Below, piece after piece: positions 55,882 to 64,000 of a DNA stretch of 64,000 bases. Numbering within the stretch: position 1 is the first letter of the stretch; each line of letters opens with the position of its first letter. Made by a program: the position numbers and the translations under genes. A model generated the notes under the pieces. The model saw nothing but the letters and a program-made list of their open reading frames with translations, was not told the origin of the DNA and searched no databases. The DNA comes from the human T2T-CHM13v2.0 reference genome, Homo sapiens: NCBI RefSeq assembly GCF_009914755.1, contig NC_060948.1. One strand, 5' to 3'.

Positions 55882-57986
55882 AGATCCATATTTTTTAAAT
55901 GAAAAAAAATTTCAAAGGTACTCTGCTTGGTACAATAATCAAATGTATAAACTGAGGAATAAAACATAACCATGAAACCTACTTATAACTGCATGTGGAA
56001 AATACAGAGGATAATTTTTTAAATAACATATTTTGAAAGCCTTAACTAGTAATTTGAAGAGTTGGCATTTGAAAGGCCAGTATGAATATACCTTCAAAGC
56101 AGCAACACAGGTTCCCCATGAGGAAAAGCAAACTCAGGGAAAATAAAACCACAAAGGTTCAATCTCTTCTGACCTTTGAAAGACACAGCACAGACAGTGG
56201 TCCTTAGGACGAAGAGCAGGAGACCCCTAATTCCGTCACCATGGCGATAGGGCATAAACATTGCTGGGTGAGGGCACAATCCACATTGTGAGGTCCAACT
56301 GCTGCCAGGAAGACAGGACTGCTTTTACATAGACCGAAAGGTCATTGAAGGCTCAGAGTTTTGTTTCAAGAACTGAATCCCAAGCCCACACGTTATTAGG
56401 CTGCGCTTCTTAAAACAGGTTATGAGATGGGAAAAAGGGCACCCACAAACATACGTATACATTATGTATATAATAATATACAGTATCATATATATAATAT
56501 ATATAACCTATGTATAATATTGTTTTACATCCTGCATCTTATGTTATATATATTGTATAAAATATAATAATTGATAATATATAAGTATTATATTTATACA
56601 ATATGGCATATAGTATATATTATAATTTATGACATATATAATATATGTTATATATCATATATATAATATATTATATGGTTAATATACGTATTAAATATAA
56701 ATTTTACATTATATATATTATATAAAATATATCTGATATATATAATACCCATTATGCATAATATATATATTATGTCTATGTTATATATAGTATAAAACAA
56801 CACATAATAATATATAATTCTATATATAAAATGCGACATATAATATATATTATATTTTACGACATATGTAATATATATTATATATTATATATAATACGTT
56901 GTAGGTATAATTCCTATATTAAATATATATTATAGGACTATGTTATTAATTACATGTCACATATGTTATATATTATATATTTTACATAGAATATACCGGT
57001 TACATACAATATATACTATGTTACCTATAATGTATAATTTATTACATGTAAAATAAAGATTGCAATATATTATGTATAATTTATAGTATACAATATGTGG
57101 ATTGTGATATATATAACATATAATATATGATATATGATATACAGTATATGATATATAACATGCAATATATGATACCTAATATATATGGTATACAATATAT
57201 ATTTTATGATATGTATTCTATATGTTTTATATTCTGTTATATATAACTATTTGAAATTATATATAACTGTATAATATTTTATGTAAATATGTAATATAAT
57301 ATATATAACTATATAATATATTATATATAACTATATATTATGTTATATATAGTTTTATAACATAATTTACATAAAATATCATAATATAATATATATTATA
57401 TTATTTCATATTACATAATATATATTACATATCACCCAATATAAGTAACATACATAATATTATAATATAGATTATATTATGTTATATTAAATATCATATA
57501 TATCATGTATCATATATTCTATAATATATATTACACATTATATAATATGTATGTTGTCTATTATGTGATATATAGAACTATATATATAATTATATTATTA
57601 TACATATAACTACATAAACATGTAATTCTAAATATTTTCATTTATAATATATAGAATTATATAATCATATATAATTATTTATATTCTATAAAAAATTATA
57701 TCATTATATAAATTATAATATATAAAAATTATAATATGTACTACAAATATATATATTATATATCATATATGATATAGTACCTTTGTTATATATCATAATA
57801 CATATAAATGTGTATTATGTTATCTATAATTATATAAATTCATATATAAGATGTATAATATGTATCATATATTATATATGTTATGTAATATATATAGTAT
57901 ATATAAGCTGACACAGGATAAATATTATATACTATGACATATAAAATATATGAGGTTATATGTTACATATAAGGCATAGCACATAA

Positions 57987-58301
<315 letters not shown>

Positions 58302-60402
58302 AGATCCATATTTTTTAAATGAAAAAAAATTTCAAAGGTACTCTGCTTGGTACAATAATCAAATGTATAAACTGAGGAATAAAACATAACCATGAAACCT
58401 ACTTATAACTGCATATGGAAAATACAGAGGATAATTTTTTAAATAACATATTTTGAAAGCCTTAACTAGTAATTTGAAGAGTTGGTATTTGAAAGGCCAG
58501 TATGAATATACCTTCAAAGCAGCAACACAGGTTCCCCATGAGGAAAAGCAAACTCAGGGAAAATAAAACCACAAAGGTTCAATCTCTTCTGACCTTTGAA
58601 AGACACAGCACAGACAGTGGTCCTTAGGACGAAGAGCAGGAGACCCCTAATTCCGTCACCATGGCGATAGGGCATAAACATTGCTGGGTGAGGGCACAAT
58701 CCACATTGTGAGGTCCAACTGCTGCCAGGAAGACAGGAGTGCTTTTACATAGACCGAAAGGTCATTGAAGGCTCAGAGTTTTGTTTCAAGAACTGAATCC
58801 CAAGCCCACACGTTATTAGGCTGCGCTTCTTAAAACAGGTTATGAGATGGGAAAAAGGGCACCCACAAACATACGTATACATTATGTATATAATAATATA
58901 CAGTATCATATATATAATATATATAACCTATGTATAATATTGTTTTACATCCTGCATCTTATGTTATATATATTGTATAAAATATAATAATTGATAATAT
59001 ATAAGTATTATATTTATACAATATGGCATATAGTATATATTATAATTTATGACATATATAATATATGTTATATATCATATATAGAATATATTATACGGTT
59101 AATATACGTATTAAATATAAATTTTACATTATATATATTATATATAATATATCTGATATATATAATACCCATTATGCATAATATATATATTATGTCTATG
59201 TTATATATAGTATAAAACAACACATAATAATATAAAATTGTATATATAAAATGCGACATATAATATATATTATATTTTACGACATATGTAATATATATTA
59301 TATATTATATATAATACGTTGTAGGTATAATTCCTATATTAAATATATATTATAGGACTATGTTATTAATTACATGTCACATATGTTATATATTATATAT
59401 TTTACATAGAATATACCGGTTACATACAATATATACTATGTTACCTATAATGTATAATTTATTACATGTAAAATAAAGAATGCAATATATTATGTATAAT
59501 TTATAATATACAATATGTGGAATGTGATATATATAACATATAATATATGATATATGATATACAGTATATGATATATAACATACAATGTATGATACCTAAT
59601 ATATATGGTATACAATATATATTTTATGATATGTATTCTATATGTTTTATATTCTGATATATATAACTATTTGAAATTATATATAACTGTATAATATTTT
59701 ATGTAAATATGTAATATAATATATAACTATATAATATATTATATATAACTATATATTATGTTATATATACTTTTATAACATAATTTACATAAAATATCAT
59801 AATATAATATATATTATATTATTTCATATTACATAATATATATTACATATCACCCAATATAAGTAACATACATAATATTATAATATAGATTATATTATGT
59901 TATATTAAATATCATATATATCATGTATCATATATTCTATAGTATATATGATACATTATATAATATGTATGTTGTCTATTATGTGATATATATAACTATA
60001 TATAATTATATTATTATACATATTACTAGATAAACATGTAATTCTACATATTTTCATTTATAATATATAGAATTATATAATCATATATAATTATTTATAT
60101 TCTATAAAAAATTATATCATTATATAAATTATAATATATAAAAATTATAATATGTACTACAAATATATATATTATATATCATATATGATATAGTACCTTT
60201 GTTATATATCATAATACATATAAATGTGTATTATGTTATCTATAATTATATAATTTCATATATAAGATGTATAATATGTATCATATATTATATATGTTAT
60301 GTAATATATATAGTATATATAAGATGACACAGGATAAATATTATATACTATGACATATAAAATATATGAGGTTATATGTTACATATAAGGCATAGCACAT
60401 AA

Positions 60403-60717
<315 letters not shown>

Positions 60718-62822
60718 AGATCCATATTTTTTAAATGAAAAAAAATTTCAAAGGTACTCTGCTTGGTACAATAATCAAATGTATAAACTGAGGAATAAAA
60801 CATAACCATGAAACCTACTTATAACTGCATGTGGAAAATACAGAGGATAATTTTTTAAATAACATATTTTGAAAGCCTTAACTAGTAATTTGAAGAGTTG
60901 GCATTTGAAAGGCCAGTATGAATATACCTTCAAAGCAGCAACACAGGTTCCCCATGAGGAAAAGCAAACTCAGGGAAAATAAAACCACAAAGGTTCAATC
61001 TCTTCTGACCTTTGAAAGACACAGCACAGACAGTGGTCCTTAGGACGAAGAGCAGGAGACCCCTAATTCCGTCACCATGGCGATAGGGCATAAACATTGC
61101 TGGGTGAGGGCACAATCCACATTGTGAGGTCCAACTGCTGCCAGGAAGACAGGACTGCTTTTACATAGACCGAAAGGTCATTGAAGGCTCAGAGTTTTGT
61201 TTCAAGAACTGAATCCCAAGCCCACACGTTATTAGGCTGCGCTTCTTAAAACAGGTTATGAGATGGGAAAAAGGGCACCCACAAACATACGTATACATTA
61301 TGTATATAATAATATACAGTATCATATATATAATATATATAACCTATGTATAATATTGTTTTACATCCTGCATCTTATGTTATATATATTGTATAAAATA
61401 TAATAATTGATAATATATAAGTATTATATTTATACAATATGGCATATAGTATATATTATAATTTATGACATATATAATATATGTTATATATCATATATAT
61501 AATATATTATATGGTTAATATACGTATTAAATATAAATTTTACATTATATATATTATATAAAATATATCTGATATATATAATACCCATTATGCATAATAT
61601 ATATATTATGTCTATGTTATATATAGTATAAAACAACACATAATAATATATAATTCTATATATAAAATGCGACATATAATATATATTATATTTTACGACA
61701 TATGTAATATATATTATATATTATATATAATACGTTGTAGGTATAATTCCTATATTAAATATATATTATAGGACTATGTTATTAATTACATGTCACATAT
61801 GTTTTATATTATATATTTTACATAGAATATACCGGTTACATACAATATATACTATGTTACCTATAATGTATAATTTATTACATGTAAAATAAAGATTGCA
61901 ATATATTATGTATAATTTATAGTATACAATATGTGGATTGTGATATATATAACATATAATATATGATATATGATATACAGTATATGATATATAACATGCA
62001 ATATATGATACCTAATATATATGGTATACAATATATATTTTATGATATGTATTCTATATGTTTTATATTCTGTTATATATAACTATTTGAAATTATATAT
62101 AACTGTATAATATTTTATGTAAATATGTAATATAATATATATAACTATATAATATATTATATATAACTATATATTATGTTATATATAGTTTTATAACATA
62201 ATTTACATAAAATATCATAATATAATATATATTATATTATTTCATATTACATAATATATATTACATATCACCCAATATAAGTAACATACATAATATTATA
62301 ATATAGATTATATTATGTTATATTAAATATCATATATATCATGTATCATATATTCTATAATATATATTACACATTATATAATATGTATGTTGTCTATTAT
62401 GTGATATATAGAACTATATATATAATTATATTATTATACATATAACTACATAAACATGTAATTCTAAATATTTTCATTTATAATATATAGAATTATATAA
62501 TCATATATAATTATTTATATTTTATAAAAAATTATATCATTATATAAATTATAATATATAAAAATTATAATATGTACTACAAATATATATATTATATATC
62601 ATATATGATATAGTACCTTTGTTATATATCATAATACATATAAATGTGTATTATGTTATCTATAATTATATAAATTCATATATAAGATGTATAATATGTA
62701 TCATATATTATATATGTTATGTAATATATATAGTATATATAAGCTGACACAGGATAAATATTATATACTATGACATATAAAATATATGAGGTTATATGTT
62801 ACATATAAGGCATAGCACATAA

Positions 62823-63137
<315 letters not shown>

Positions 63138-64000
63138 AGATCCATATTTTTTAAATGAAAAAAAATTTCAAAGGTACTCTGCTTGGTACAATAATCAAAT
63201 GTATAAACTGAGGAATAAAACATAACCATGAAACCTACTTATAACTGCATATGGAAAATACAGAGGATAATTTTTTAAATAACATATTTTGAAAGCCTTA
63301 ACTAGTAATTTGAAGAGTTGGTATTTGAAAGGCCAGTATGAATATACCTTCAAAGCAGCAACACAGGTTCCCCATGAGGAAAAGCAAACTCAGGGAAAAT
63401 AAAACCACAAAGGTTCAATCTCTTCTGACCTTTGAAAGACACAGCACAGACAGTGGTCCTTAGGACGAAGAGCAGGAGACCCCTAATTCCGTCACCATGG
63501 CGATAGGGCATAAACATTGCTGGGTGAGGGCACAATCCACATTGTGAGGTCCAACTGCTGCCAGGAAGACAGGAGTGCTTTTACATAGACCGAAAGGTCA
63601 TTGAAGGCTCAGAGTTTTGTTTCAAGAACTGAATCCCAAGCCCACACGTTATTAGGCTGCGCTTCTTAAAACAGGTTATGAGATGGGAAAAAGGGCACCC
63701 ACAAACATACGTATACATTATGTATATAATAATATACAGTATCATATATATAATATATATAACCTATGTATAATATTGTTTTACATCCTGCATCTTATGT
63801 TATATATATTGTATAAAATATAATAATTGATAATATATAAGTATTATATTTATACAATATGGCATATAGTATATATTATAATTTATGACATATATAATAT
63901 ATGTTATATATCATATATAGAATATATTATACGGTTAATATACGTATTAAATATAAATTTTACATTATATATATTATATATAATATATCTGATATATATA

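Overview
Non-coding satellite heterochromatin, best identified as human Y chromosome Yq12, spanning one DYZ1 to DYZ2 block boundary. Positions 1-8878 hold about 2.5 copies of a ~3.54-3.56 kb higher-order unit of degenerate GGAAT pentamers (DYZ1, human satellite 3). Positions 8879-64000 hold a head-to-tail array of the ~2.42 kb DYZ2 (HSat1B) composite unit: a ~1.56 kb AT-rich block, a ~292 bp diverged minus-strand Alu and a ~570 bp HSATI-type segment. There are 23 Alu-bearing copies; the first is truncated and internally deleted. No protein-coding gene, RNA gene or CRISPR array is supported, and all listed ORFs are repeat-derived. I found no new gene system. What is informative is structural: a base-resolved DYZ1/DYZ2 junction, a 768-bp deletion in the edge unit, recent 1-, 2- and 3-unit duplications, long-range shared variant tracts, mosaic DYZ1 copies and clues to the origin of the DYZ2 Alu. 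All comparisons were made by eye or from ORF-track offsets and should be confirmed by alignment.
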